Assembly (NCBI GenBank): GCA_013151935.1
Contig: JAADHI010000012.1
Location: forward strand, 1 to 61,443
DNA length: 61,443 bases
From: Candidatus Manganitrophaceae bacterium
Lineage (GTDB): Bacteria > Nitrospirota > Nitrospiria > SBBL01 > JAADHI01
Direction: 5' to 3'
In this document: piece by piece, positions 9,469-19,841 of the stretch
Layout: each line of letters begins with the position of its first letter
How positions within the stretch are numbered: position 1 is the stretch's first letter
Made by a program: the position numbers and the translations under genes
Notes under the pieces: generated by a model
The model's input: only the letters and a program-made list of their open reading frames with translations
What the model was told of the DNA's origin: nothing
Databases searched by the model: none

Positions 9469-10800
9469 AGTCAGTCCTTCATTTTCAATACGAATAATGG
9501 CCGAGCCTTTTAAACTCGACAAAACAGGAAAAAGCAACAAAAACAGTACAGGATTGAACACAGCGATAAAAAGGGTCGCCAATACACACAAAAAAGCCGC
9601 AACAATATATTGCAGCACAGGCCGCTGATCACCCTCACAAATACTGCCACCGACCAAAGATGAAACTGCAATGCCGATCAATAAGAGCGTCAGCAGCAGG
9701 CTCACGCTTTCTTGTCCCGGTAGTGGACGCATCAACATTTCAATCCCCCAAACAACAAAGGGAATAGGTAAGGCCAAAAGACGTGCATAAGTTAATTTCG
9801 CCCGCCAGACTTGCTCCGCTGAAAGGGGCAGGGCAACATCCATCGTCCGATACGGTCGCTGCATTTGAAAAAGGGGAGAAACCGTTGAAGCGATCACAAA
9901 AGCGCCCACGGCACAATAGATTTCAAGCGCGATTTGTCCGCGACTAATCACCGAAATCATGACCAAGAAAACCAGGATCAGATTCCGCCAAATATGCGGG
10001 ACAAAATTCCGTGCCGTTAAAATAAGATCTCGCTGAACCAAAGGACGTATATTTTTTGGAAGGATTCGACATAGCCCTCCGAAAAAAGCACGCGCCGCTG
10101 CACGTTTTTTTCGGGTTTCATGTCCCACAAAAAACTGGGCAACCCGTCCCATATCTGTATAACGCCAGACTTTAAAACCTCTATAATATCCCAAAGGTGC
10201 AAATAAAAAGGTAAAAAAATCGGCCCACCAACTGAGCTGGACGACGGGCAGGAAAATAAGTAAAAAAGCCAATATAGAAAATACCCCCGCAAGCTTTTTC
10301 CGGTCGGGTGACCAAAAATGAATCCAGGTGAGTGTAAATCCAATCTCAACAGCGGGAAAGAACAACCAGATCATAAAAGGCCATACCAGTAAGTCTGTCT
10401 TTCCAAAAAAGAGCAATAAAACTGCACCTCCTGCAAAAAAAAGGAGATCACGGAAAAGCTGTTCTAAATAAAACACCTTGTAACGAATCGCGAAATTGAT
10501 CGGGAGCAAATCATCTACGGTAAGCGAATACTCCGAAGCATAAAGCCGTCTCGCCAATGGGAGAAAGTTAAAAAAAATCTTCAAAACCAAGAATGCAAAC
10601 GCAAGACGCACTGCCGTTTCGTCAGAAAGCCATGTCGATTGAATACGCCCGATGCCAAAAGCAAAATCATTAAAAATTTTCCGACCCATCAAAAAAGAAA
10701 CACCCATGATCACCGGACCCAGGATAAAATACGTCGCCCAGTCGTAGGACAAACGCCTACCAATGTCACGCAGTTTTGCTTTTAAGATGGTTTTAAACAC
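9466..10800 (-). CDS. Multi-TM membrane protein, putative ABC exporter permease
   Basis: 444 aa with about 11-12 hydrophobic segments in two halves; upstream of the ABC ATPase. Confidence 0.7.
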   Translation of the reverse strand: MFKTILKAKLRDIGRRLSYDWATYFILGPVIMGVSFLMGRKIFNDFAFGIGRIQSTWLSDETAVRLAFAFLVLKIFFNFLPLARRLYASEYSLTVDDLLPINFAIRYKVFYLEQLFRDLLFFAGGAVLLLFFGKTDLLVWPFMIWLFFPAVEIGFTLTWIHFWSPDRKKLAGVFSILAFLLIFLPVVQLSWWADFFTFLFAPLGYYRGFKVWRYTDMGRVAQFFVGHETRKKRAAARAFFGGLCRILPKNIRPLVQRDLILTARNFVPHIWRNLILVFLVMISVISRGQIALEIYCAVGAFVIASTVSPLFQMQRPYRTMDVALPLSAEQVWRAKLTYARLLALPIPFVVWGIEMLMRPLPGQESVSLLLTLLLIGIAVSSLVGGSICEGDQRPVLQYIVAAFLCVLATLFIAVFNPVLFLLLFPVLSSLKGSAIIRIENEGLT

Positions 10801-10927
10801 GAACCGAATCCAAGTTAAATGGGGGAAGGTTTTATGAAGCAGCGCTTATCATAACACAAAAGAAAAGGCTCGAAATAGCCAAAAATGATAGAAGAATACA
10901 TGCAAACCGTCAGATCAAAATATGATT

Positions 10928-12691
10928 TTAGGGGGAAGCGCGATAAGCCGACATGATATCTGCGCGGGTAATCAAACCGACAAGGCGTTTCGGGTTGTCT
11001 GGCTCCACAACAGCAATACGGTCTGTCTCGGATTCCTGCATACGTCGCACAACATCTACAAGCACATCTTCCGGATCACTCAGTGGCAGATCACTCCGCA
11101 TAATTTTCTCAATGAGGGTTTTTTGAAGATCGACGCGATCTTGGTAGGCCTTATGTATCTCAACATAAGTTACCATTCCGACCAACTCCCCTTGCCCGTT
11201 GATTACAGGGAAACCCGTGTGATGACTCTCATCAATAATTTGGGCCAGCCGCTCTACCGTCATATTTTGTGAAACAATCTCGATATTTTTGACCATGACT
11301 TCTGAAGCCGTCATCGTCATCACCGGGTCATGCGCCTCACCACCGTCTAATTTTACACCACGTGCTAAAAGGACCCGCGCATAAATCCCCACCTCACCCA
11401 TCTGCCGGGCCATGATCATGGTAATCGTCACGGAAAACATCAGAGGAAGGATAATCCGGTAATCCTGCGTAATCTCAAACATCATGACAATGGCAGTCAC
11501 GGGCGCATTGGCAACAACGGAAAAAATGAGTCCCATTCCAACCAGAGCGTATGCCCCAGCGGGTGCAATATTAGGAAAGATCGTATGCGCAAATTGACCA
11601 TAAAGACTGCCCATCATCGCCCCGATAAAAAGAGAGGGCATGAGAATGCCACCGGACCCCCCAGAACCCAAAGTAATTGAGGTGCAGATAATTTTTCCGA
11701 TCACCAAAGAAAAAAGCAGCAGCATCCCCCAGGTCGTCGCCCCGCCACCTGGCGACAGAATATCCGTAACCTCAAAATATCCCGCACCCAGAATTTGAGG
11801 AAGAAACAAACCAATGACACCAACAATCAGACCACCGATCATTGCTTTAATCGGATCGGGTATTTTTTTAAACCGGTCGGTAAACCCTTCAGCAAAAAAA
11901 AGTGTTTTTGAAAAAATACTCGCAAGTGGCGCCGCGATAATACCAAGAATGAAATAAAGCCCAAGCTCCGCTGGATGCTGAATCCCAAAAGCGGGTGAGG
12001 GTAAAAATGTATTATCTCCAAGTAAAATATGTGAAGTCACCGAGGCAATCACCGATGAAAAGACCACCATGGAAAAAGCCTGAGTTGTAAACTCACGCAA
12101 CAGCACCTCCATCGCAAAAATAACGGCCGCGATCGGTGCATTAAAAACAGCCGCCATGCCACCTGCCGCACCAGCCGCCGCCAAGGTTTTCAAATAAGCA
12201 GGGGAAACATTAAACAGTTGCCCGATGGACGAACCCACCGCCGCACCAATTTGAATGATGGGCCCTTCTGTACCAGCCGATCCCCCCGTACCAATGGTGA
12301 AGGCACTGGCAACAGATTTCACCAGTACAACACGAGGACGCCCGCGTCCACCGCGACGGCGCAAGGCATAAATGGCCTCAGGAACACCATGCCCCTTGGC
12401 TTCCTTGGCAAAAAAATAAATAACTAAACCACCCAATAAACCACCAATGGCAGGCAAAAAAACGCGGTACCAATGTCCTGAAGAAAGAGAGGAAGAAGGC
12501 TCCGCGCTACAACAAAAATGGTAGACCCCATCAATCATATGTTTGAAAATAAAAGCACTAATGCCCGACGCCAAACCCACAACAACGGCCAACATCATGA
12601 GTGTGCGTTCTTCGGAAAGCGTCACAAGGTTTAAAAAGTGAAAACTCTTTTTTCGTGAACGTAAAATCGCCCGTTTAAGCCTTAAGCTCAT
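10928..12691 (-). CDS. ClC family chloride channel/transporter with C-terminal CBS pair
   Basis: GHGVPE, GSAGTEGP, FNAPIAA, GGSGGILMP; two CBS domains. Confidence 0.93.
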   Translation of the reverse strand: MSLRLKRAILRSRKKSFHFLNLVTLSEERTLMMLAVVVGLASGISAFIFKHMIDGVYHFCCSAEPSSSLSSGHWYRVFLPAIGGLLGGLVIYFFAKEAKGHGVPEAIYALRRRGGRGRPRVVLVKSVASAFTIGTGGSAGTEGPIIQIGAAVGSSIGQLFNVSPAYLKTLAAAGAAGGMAAVFNAPIAAVIFAMEVLLREFTTQAFSMVVFSSVIASVTSHILLGDNTFLPSPAFGIQHPAELGLYFILGIIAAPLASIFSKTLFFAEGFTDRFKKIPDPIKAMIGGLIVGVIGLFLPQILGAGYFEVTDILSPGGGATTWGMLLLFSLVIGKIICTSITLGSGGSGGILMPSLFIGAMMGSLYGQFAHTIFPNIAPAGAYALVGMGLIFSVVANAPVTAIVMMFEITQDYRIILPLMFSVTITMIMARQMGEVGIYARVLLARGVKLDGGEAHDPVMTMTASEVMVKNIEIVSQNMTVERLAQIIDESHHTGFPVINGQGELVGMVTYVEIHKAYQDRVDLQKTLIEKIMRSDLPLSDPEDVLVDVVRRMQESETDRIAVVEPDNPKRLVGLITRADIMSAYRASP

Positions 12692-12908
12692 TCAATAAAA
12701 TCCTTGGATTAGATACACCCTGAAAGCACCGGAGACGAGTGTAGCACAATTATCAGGTTTTGAATTTGAAGAAATCATCTTTTGCATGCCAAAGAGAAAT
12801 TAGCCGCTTGAGCGAAGAGGGAGATGTATTGGCCCTGGGGTTTTCGGAACGAAAAATGCTAATTTAGGCAACAAATCACAGGAAGCGAAAAAACAAGGAC
12901 AAAACCAC

Positions 12909-13358
12909 TTACGTGGTCGCACACGTTCTTGTGAGCGAAGCTTTCCAGAGGTGGCTCACGGAACCGACCGTGGCAAAAATCGACCCTGAAACCTGAATAT
13001 CTGCCGTGGTAACACAACCCGGGACTCGAATAACGAAGCCTATGCTGCCGATGCCACGTTCATCTGTTTTAATTTTCATGCTAGGCGCAGTAATCGTATT
13101 GCCGTCTGGATCAGCCAGAGAGACTGTCGCATCGACTCCTCCTCTGAAAAACTCCATTTCAACATCAGAAAGCACCTCCCCTGACTGACCTTTTGCAATA
13201 AAGTTCAAAGAACGATATATGACTGAAGTCTCACTTGTATTCCGCGGTAGCGTATCAGTGTTGTCTGCTGGGCCTGTAATTGTCGCATCATTTGGAGCTA
13301 AATCGCCACAAGCAGTAAGGGGAATGATGAGGAACATTAAAATCAGTGCTTTTTTCAT
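12909..13358 (-). CDS. Hypothetical lipoprotein, beta-rich (possibly Ig-like)
   Basis: GGAG RBS; signal peptide with lipobox LTAC; 9 bp downstream of aroB. Confidence 0.7.
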   Translation of the reverse strand: MKKALILMFLIIPLTACGDLAPNDATITGPADNTDTLPRNTSETSVIYRSLNFIAKGQSGEVLSDVEMEFFRGGVDATVSLADPDGNTITAPSMKIKTDERGIGSIGFVIRVPGCVTTADIQVSGSIFATVGSVSHLWKASLTRTCATT

Positions 13359-13367
13359 TTGAAACTC

Positions 13368-14465
13368 CTACACATATTTTGGCAAAGCCTTCAAAAAGCG
13401 CTTCAGCACTTTTTTATCCACTTTCATCACATCCACTGACCCGATGTTTTTAGGAAGCACGAAATAAATTTCCCCACCGACCACCTTTTTATCGCCTGCC
13501 ATGACTTCAAGTATATCCCCAGGATCTAAATCGGGCAAACGCGTTGGAAGACCAAAAGCCGTAAGGAGCTTCACCTGTCGTTTCACATCGTCCTCATGCA
13601 AGAGTCCTAACTCAACCGCCAAACGACTTGCAGCCACCATGCCCATGGCAACACCTTCGCCGTGTTTAACCTTCCGATATCCCGTCAGGGTTTCAACGGC
13701 ATGACCGATGGTGTGTCCGTAGTTTAAGATCTTACGAATACCCCCTTCGTGCTCGTCGGCCTGAACAATTTCAGCCTTAATCTGCGACGCACGATGGATG
13801 CAGTGCCTTACTTTTTCTAAATCGAGATCCCGAATCGCCTTGCTATGTGTTTCAAGATATCCAAAAAATGCCTCATCAGCAATCACACCATATTTCACAA
13901 CTTCGGCCAAACCAGAACGATATTCGCGTTTTTGCAATGTGCGCAAAACCGCAGGATCGCTACAAACAAAACGGGGTTGATGAAAAGCCCCGATCAAATT
14001 TTTACCTTCGGGATGATCCACACCCGTTTTACCACCAATACTGGCATCGACCTGCGCAAGCACAGTCGTCGGACACTGGACAAAAGAAACCCCCCGTAAA
14101 TAGGTCGCCGCCGCAAAACCCGTCATGTCTCCAATCACCCCGCCACCCAAGGCAAGCAACAAATCGCTCCGTTCAAAATGGTTTTGAATCAGGCTGTCAT
14201 AAATACGATTGATTTGTTTCAAAGTTTTATAGCGCTCACCTGCCGGGATTTGAATCAGAATAAATTTAAACCCCGCCTTTTTCAGGGATTTTTTAACACG
14301 GCTACCGTAAAGTCCCTCTACTTTGGGATCTGTGACCACCGCTACACGGCCCTTAAAAGAAAGGTCTTTCAGAAAAAGACCTACTTGATCAATGATCTCT
14401 TCTCCGATAAAAATATCGTAACTGTTTTTCCCCAGATCTAAGGGGATTTTTTTCGTCTGTTTCAT
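13368..14465 (-). CDS. aroB: 3-dehydroquinate synthase
   Basis: GGGVIGDMTGF, DASIGGKTG, LNYGHTIGHA, HGEGV. Confidence 0.97.
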   Translation of the reverse strand: MKQTKKIPLDLGKNSYDIFIGEEIIDQVGLFLKDLSFKGRVAVVTDPKVEGLYGSRVKKSLKKAGFKFILIQIPAGERYKTLKQINRIYDSLIQNHFERSDLLLALGGGVIGDMTGFAAATYLRGVSFVQCPTTVLAQVDASIGGKTGVDHPEGKNLIGAFHQPRFVCSDPAVLRTLQKREYRSGLAEVVKYGVIADEAFFGYLETHSKAIRDLDLEKVRHCIHRASQIKAEIVQADEHEGGIRKILNYGHTIGHAVETLTGYRKVKHGEGVAMGMVAASRLAVELGLLHEDDVKRQVKLLTAFGLPTRLPDLDPGDILEVMAGDKKVVGGEIYFVLPKNIGSVDVMKVDKKVLKRFLKALPKYV

Positions 14466-14471
14466 ATAAAA

Positions 14472-14996
14472 CTACAAAACCGCGCGCTTGAACTTTTTGA
14501 GTTGATCAACAATACGTCGCACACTCTCTCCAATTTGAATGTCGGACGTATCAATCGTAATATCCGAACGCTTATAAAATTCTTCCCGTATCTTCAACAG
14601 TTTATAAATATGACCCAAAGGGTCGGGGCCTTTTAAAAGTGGTCTCTCCCCTGCACGTCGCTGCACGCGTTTTAAGATCACTTCAGGTCGTGCAATCAAG
14701 GTCACTAAAATCCCCGTTTTTGAAAGCACGTCCATATTAAGGGAATTCGCCGGAACACCACCGCCCGTTGCAATAACATAAGCTTCTAGAGCAGCTGCTT
14801 CCGCAACAGCCGCAACCTCCAAATTTCTAAAATAGACCTCACCTTTTTCTGAAAAAATCTGGGGAATCCTCTTTTGCGCCTTTTTTTCAATGAGGTGATC
14901 TGTATCCACAAATCGATATCGGAGCTCCACAGCCAAACGACGACCAATAATACTTTTTCCCGTCCCCATAAACCCGAGCAAAACAACGTTTTTCAA
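14472..14996 (-). CDS. aroK: Shikimate kinase
   Basis: GFMGTGKS, FVDTD, GEVYFR, ATGGG, RPLL; TTG start. Confidence 0.95.
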   Translation of the reverse strand: MKNVVLLGFMGTGKSIIGRRLAVELRYRFVDTDHLIEKKAQKRIPQIFSEKGEVYFRNLEVAAVAEAAALEAYVIATGGGVPANSLNMDVLSKTGILVTLIARPEVILKRVQRRAGERPLLKGPDPLGHIYKLLKIREEFYKRSDITIDTSDIQIGESVRRIVDQLKKFKRAVL

Positions 14997-15008
14997 GCCA
15001 ATCCTAAC

Positions 15009-18000
15009 CTACTTCATTACAGTCGGAGTAATAAAAATGAGCAACTCCGTCGTCGTTTCACTTTGTTCTTTATTCTTAAACAACCACCCTAAACCGGGAA
15101 TGTCCTTTAAAAAAGGGATGCCACCTTCCGACTCCGTTTTCTGTGTCTCATAAATACCCCCAATCACCATGGTTTCACCGTCCATCAAGAGGATCTGTGT
15201 CGAGACTTCCTTCTGAAAGATAGAAGGCTGGGTCGCACCTTGTATGGGTGGGCCGGGTTGATTCTTGGTCAGGTTCAACTCCAACAAAATTCCACCGTCT
15301 TGCGAAATATGTGGCGTCACTTTTAATTCAAGATTGGCATCGACCAGCCGTGTATTCGTCCCCCCATTGGGAGAGGAGGTCTGAAAGGGAATTTTAGCTC
15401 CTTGTTTGATCAAAGCCTCATGATTGTCAAGAACCATGATTTTAGGCGTCGAAACAATGCGTGTCATCTCCTGAGACTCTCCTGCGGAAATGCGTAAATC
15501 CAGCTGAAATGGACTTTCCGTAAAACGCCCAAAACTAAAACCGACCCCCCCCAAAGCAGTGCTCGCAGGCGTATCCACGGCAAAATCTGGAACAGGATTA
15601 AATACACTCGAACCAGGCCCTGTAAACGTGCCAATGCCAATGCTATTTCCACCACTATTTGTTTTAAAATCGGCCCCCCACTGTACACCTAAACTGCGCT
15701 TGAAAGTCGGCTGAACTTCGACAATGCGTGCCTCAATCAAGACTTGCGGCGTTTTGGTATCCAGACGCTGAACCATCTGTTCAACCTGATCCAGATTACC
15801 CAGAATATCTTTGACCACCAGTGCATTAACCCGCTTGGCGACCATAATTTCCCCACGTGTGGACAATAACTTTGAAAGCAGGCTCTGCAGTTTATTGGCT
15901 TCTGCGTAATTGATATAAATGACGCGTGTCAGAAGCTCCTCGGCCCGAATTTTTGTTGCCCGTGCTTCGGCTTTTTCATTGCGTTGTTTGGTGAGATTCG
16001 AGAGGGTGGCGATGCGGATGATATCACCCTGACGCTCCATGCCCAGGTTTCGAATTTCCAATATAATCTCAAGGGCCTGATCCCAGGGCACATCATTCAA
16101 CTTTACTGTAATTTTACCTTTAACATCATCGCCCATGACAAAATTTAAACCGCTGACATCAGCAATTAAACGCACAACATTAGTAATCTCGGCTTCTTGA
16201 AAATCAAGCGATATTTTTCGTCCGGTGTATTTTTCTGGAACGGCAAGCGCAGCCGATTCTATTTTAGCTGCATTCTCACGCGCGATTTTATCGCGTTTGT
16301 TCAGGACAGCCTCACGCCGTTTTCTTCGAAGAATGACCTTCTTTTTGGCCGCTTTTTCCCGCGCAAGCTTTGTCTTTTTGTCTTCAGAAACTGTCTTCTC
16401 TTCAGAAACCTCATTTCCTTCTGGCACATCCAAGAGCGGAAGGGGTTCTCCAGGCTCAGGAGACGAAAGCCTCAGTTCAGCTTTGACCGGCACGGCAGGT
16501 TCGGAAGTCATTTTCTCTGAGACAAGATCTCCTTCATCCATTTTTTGAACAGACTCAGAAGGCGCTACAGCTTGGGCTTCAGGCATTTCTTCAAGCGAAG
16601 GAGCTTCAGAAAGGGCCTCGACCTGAGGCATTTCTTGCACTTGAAGAGTATCTTCTGTCTGTACAAGCTCGTCAGAAACAACATCAGATTTCTCTTCAGC
16701 ATTTGGCACAGGAAGTGGCAGTGGTAAGGTTGCCGCCGCAGCGATACTAGGGGAAGGCAGTGGAATCGCAAAGGGCATCGCTTTCAGGACAAGACCAGAT
16801 TCACCCGATTCAACACCTTCAAGCCCTACAGGATCCGAGGACGAGCGCACAGGCTCCGACTTCTGCAAAGTGGGGGCCTCAGAAAGGACTTCAGACGGAG
16901 GCGCATTCACTTGAACAACTGCCGACGAGACAGATTCATTCACCTCATCCGAAACATCCTTTGTTGAAGGACCTTCGATCAAGATCACTAAATCACCGCG
17001 ACGCTGCGTCAAATGATATGAAATTGGAGAGAGCAAATCCAAAACAAGACGGAGTTTCTTTTTGTGCTGCCCCACACGAAGCTGTTTCACTCGGTGATCA
17101 TCTACCGTCACCCGGGTCTGTTTTGAGAATATTTTAACACCGGGAAGGTCAATCACCAGACGCCTTTTATCTCCAAAACCAATAAAGAAGGTTCTCGGAG
17201 ACAAAGTCCCATCGGACGATACAATGAGTTTGAGTTTTTCACCAGTCTCAAATCGAAGCCCAGATATTTTTTGAGCCGCAGGAAGCGGCACAGTTTCTTC
17301 ACTGACGGAGGAGGTCCCCAGCGAGACCAGCGACATATTTTCCTTGTTTTCTGGGTTTTCAGCGCCCGGTGGTGTATCCATTTTTTGAAGTGGAGATAAG
17401 GGATTACCAGAAATCTCAGGAAGTTTTTCTTCACTGGCTTTCGCATTTAGACCTTCCTCTTTCACTCCAACTACGATATCTGGCAGATCCGACAAATCAG
17501 CATCAGGAAGTACTGGCACGACTGCAAGCTCAGCAGGCGCATCCACCGGGAGATTAACATCGGGCATTATTCCCTTAGAGTCTGCGGGATCCAGAACAAG
17601 GACTGGCGCCTCTTCCTCAAAAAACCGAAAGCCTCGGGGAGCTGCCACAACTTGGGTGACTTCCACAATAAGGTTGAGTCCCTCGGTTCTCACATCGGTT
17701 TCAACCACACCGAACAATTCAAATTCGAGACGAGAAACATTACTTCCACCTCCACTACCAGGACGAATGGCGCGAATCGGACCATTTTCCAATTGAATTT
17801 CATTGGGAAAACGGGAAAGATCGACTTCAGCCATATCAATAACAAGACGTTCTGGATCAGACAAGCGGAAGGTCGTGTAAATCATGGGCTCTCCCCCTTC
17901 AACCTCCACGATCGTTTTCTCTGTACCTTCCGAAACACGAATATCCTGAACCATTACAGCAGGCGGAAGCTCTAAGCTTTCCCCTTGTCTCTGAAGACCA

Positions 18001-18098
18001 CAGGAAGAAATAAACCCTAAAAGTACCGAGACCATGACAAACGGGACAAACCGAGGAAAGTGAAACCGCTGAAAAAGCCTACGCAATTGGCGAATCAT
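15009..18098 (-). CDS. pilQ: Type IV pilus secretin PilQ (two AMIN domains, long low-complexity linkers)
   Basis: AAGGAGG RBS; YTGRKISLDFQ, VPWDQAL, PQVLIEARIVE, GIPFLKDIPGLGWLFK; between pilP and aroK. Confidence 0.93.
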   Translation of the reverse strand: MIRQLRRLFQRFHFPRFVPFVMVSVLLGFISSCGLQRQGESLELPPAVMVQDIRVSEGTEKTIVEVEGGEPMIYTTFRLSDPERLVIDMAEVDLSRFPNEIQLENGPIRAIRPGSGGGSNVSRLEFELFGVVETDVRTEGLNLIVEVTQVVAAPRGFRFFEEEAPVLVLDPADSKGIMPDVNLPVDAPAELAVVPVLPDADLSDLPDIVVGVKEEGLNAKASEEKLPEISGNPLSPLQKMDTPPGAENPENKENMSLVSLGTSSVSEETVPLPAAQKISGLRFETGEKLKLIVSSDGTLSPRTFFIGFGDKRRLVIDLPGVKIFSKQTRVTVDDHRVKQLRVGQHKKKLRLVLDLLSPISYHLTQRRGDLVILIEGPSTKDVSDEVNESVSSAVVQVNAPPSEVLSEAPTLQKSEPVRSSSDPVGLEGVESGESGLVLKAMPFAIPLPSPSIAAAATLPLPLPVPNAEEKSDVVSDELVQTEDTLQVQEMPQVEALSEAPSLEEMPEAQAVAPSESVQKMDEGDLVSEKMTSEPAVPVKAELRLSSPEPGEPLPLLDVPEGNEVSEEKTVSEDKKTKLAREKAAKKKVILRRKRREAVLNKRDKIARENAAKIESAALAVPEKYTGRKISLDFQEAEITNVVRLIADVSGLNFVMGDDVKGKITVKLNDVPWDQALEIILEIRNLGMERQGDIIRIATLSNLTKQRNEKAEARATKIRAEELLTRVIYINYAEANKLQSLLSKLLSTRGEIMVAKRVNALVVKDILGNLDQVEQMVQRLDTKTPQVLIEARIVEVQPTFKRSLGVQWGADFKTNSGGNSIGIGTFTGPGSSVFNPVPDFAVDTPASTALGGVGFSFGRFTESPFQLDLRISAGESQEMTRIVSTPKIMVLDNHEALIKQGAKIPFQTSSPNGGTNTRLVDANLELKVTPHISQDGGILLELNLTKNQPGPPIQGATQPSIFQKEVSTQILLMDGETMVIGGIYETQKTESEGGIPFLKDIPGLGWLFKNKEQSETTTELLIFITPTVMK

Positions 18099-18102
18099 TC
18101 TA

Positions 18103-18642
18103 TTACCCCTCCTTTTGGGGATGAAGTTCCATCTCAGTTCTTCTCTTTTTGGGTTCACCAAATATATTCAAAACAGTTTCTTCAACCACCACTTTTTTCT
18201 GCGTGATCTCACTGATGACACCATGATTGAAACCCATTTTTGTTCCGATACCCACCGTGTAACCCTTTCCGTCTGGCGTATTCACAATGGCTTTTGGCCC
18301 ATAACTGCCCCAGACAATCCCTTGCAACCTTAAATCTGAGATACGATTTCTTTGTAGAGGCGGAAGCTCATCCCCCCCAACCGGGCGTTTAGGGGACGCC
18401 GCGATAATCGACCGAAAGGGATCTCGTCGTCCCACACCAAGGTAAGAAGGACGTGGAAGTACTACCTCCTGAGTGACAGTAAGAACAACATCCTCTGTAA
18501 GACCACGCTCTACCTCGGGTAAGGCAATAACTGGAACGGGGGTGGGCGATTCAAATTCTAAAGGCGCGTCCTCGCCACAACCCACCATCAACAGAAGCAG
18601 GCTTGTCGAACAGACAAATTTAAACAAAACGCATCGACTCAC
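18103..18642 (-). CDS. pilP: Type IV pilus assembly lipoprotein PilP
   Basis: Lipobox MVGC; GRRDPF; PLQR..I.DL.L.GIVW; operon position. Confidence 0.9.
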   Translation of the reverse strand: MSRCVLFKFVCSTSLLLLMVGCGEDAPLEFESPTPVPVIALPEVERGLTEDVVLTVTQEVVLPRPSYLGVGRRDPFRSIIAASPKRPVGGDELPPLQRNRISDLRLQGIVWGSYGPKAIVNTPDGKGYTVGIGTKMGFNHGVISEITQKKVVVEETVLNIFGEPKKRRTEMELHPQKEG

Positions 18643-19253
18643 TGTACAGGCCCTCCAGAGATATTTGCCGCAACCACGGGTTTCTCAGCCGAAGCGAAAG
18701 CTGTTGCGGAAAAAGAAGTCTGAATCAACACACGGTTTCGGTCAAGCTTCGGGGCAGACATTCTAATATTTGAGACGTTGATAATACGTTTTAATTTACT
18801 GATTTTGTCAAAAAAGACACCCACGGAATGAAAACCACCTGCGACTTCAATATTGACGGGAATTTCAGTATAAAGCCCTGAGGGGTTTTCAACTTTTGCG
18901 CCGGGTCGCCAGAGTTTAAAATCAAGACCACTGCGTCCACCAATGTCGGAGACCTGCTTTAAAAGAAATTCGATCTCTGCTTCTGAAGGCAATTGTTCTT
19001 TCATTTCCCTCAATTTTCGTTGAAGGATTTGGTCTTCTTTCTTGAGCTGTGCCAGACGACGGACTTTGACACGGAGCACGTTAATCTCATTACTTAAGGT
19101 AGAAATCTCTCGCTCAGCCCGTGCAATTTCTTCATTTTTAGGAATAAAAACAAACCAAATAAAGGAACCGGCAAAAACCACAATCGTCAGAAATATCGCG
19201 ACAAATTTCTGTTTGTTGCTCAAACTTTTAATCGTTTCGAGGTTTAACGCCAT
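18639..19253 (-). CDS. pilO: Type IV pilus assembly protein PilO
   Basis: TM, coiled coil, QLPSEAEI, Y.EIPV.I.V.G.FH. Confidence 0.92.
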   Translation of the reverse strand: MALNLETIKSLSNKQKFVAIFLTIVVFAGSFIWFVFIPKNEEIARAEREISTLSNEINVLRVKVRRLAQLKKEDQILQRKLREMKEQLPSEAEIEFLLKQVSDIGGRSGLDFKLWRPGAKVENPSGLYTEIPVNIEVAGGFHSVGVFFDKISKLKRIINVSNIRMSAPKLDRNRVLIQTSFSATAFASAEKPVVAANISGGPVQ

Positions 19254-19289
19254 AGTTCACCCACAAAAATACAGAATTAGCAAATGTCC

Positions 19290-19838
19290 TTAAATCAAAA
19301 AAGTCCACTTCAAGCGGAAGGAATAGACGGTAATCGCCCCTTCTTTTTTCTGTCTTGACTCCAGTATTTGAACATTTTTAAAATCAGGTGCAGCCTTTAA
19401 GTTATTGATGAAATCAACAATTTCACTGTTTGTGGTCGCTGCACCACTCAGCTCAATATTCCCTCTGCTCTCACTTAAACTCACCAGCCAAACACGATCA
19501 GGCAGTCTTTGACTGATTTCGTTTAAGAGTGAAACCGGCATGGACTGTTTTTTACGGAGCTCTTGAATGACACTGATCTTATCCTCAACAGTTTTTTTAT
19601 TCTTTTCAAAATTTTCCACGACTTTGACTTGCGCTTTGAGCGAAGTCAATTCCTCTGTAAGTCGTACTTCATGAGCCCGTAATCCCTGGACTCTGCGGTC
19701 CAAGCTCCGCCAACCCAAAAACCATCCCAAGATCAGAACAAGAGAAAGCAGCCCAAGCCAAATCAACTGAGATTCGACAGCGATTTTTTTCTTTGTTTTC
19801 TTCGCTTTCTGTGTCGCGAGTAAATTGATCTTGATCAT
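19290..19838 (-). CDS. pilN: Type IV pilus assembly protein PilN
   Basis: MIKINLL N-terminal motif, TM, LPDRVWL. Confidence 0.92.
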   Translation of the reverse strand: MIKINLLATQKAKKTKKKIAVESQLIWLGLLSLVLILGWFLGWRSLDRRVQGLRAHEVRLTEELTSLKAQVKVVENFEKNKKTVEDKISVIQELRKKQSMPVSLLNEISQRLPDRVWLVSLSESRGNIELSGAATTNSEIVDFINNLKAAPDFKNVQILESRQKKEGAITVYSFRLKWTFLI

Positions 19839-19841
19839 ATC

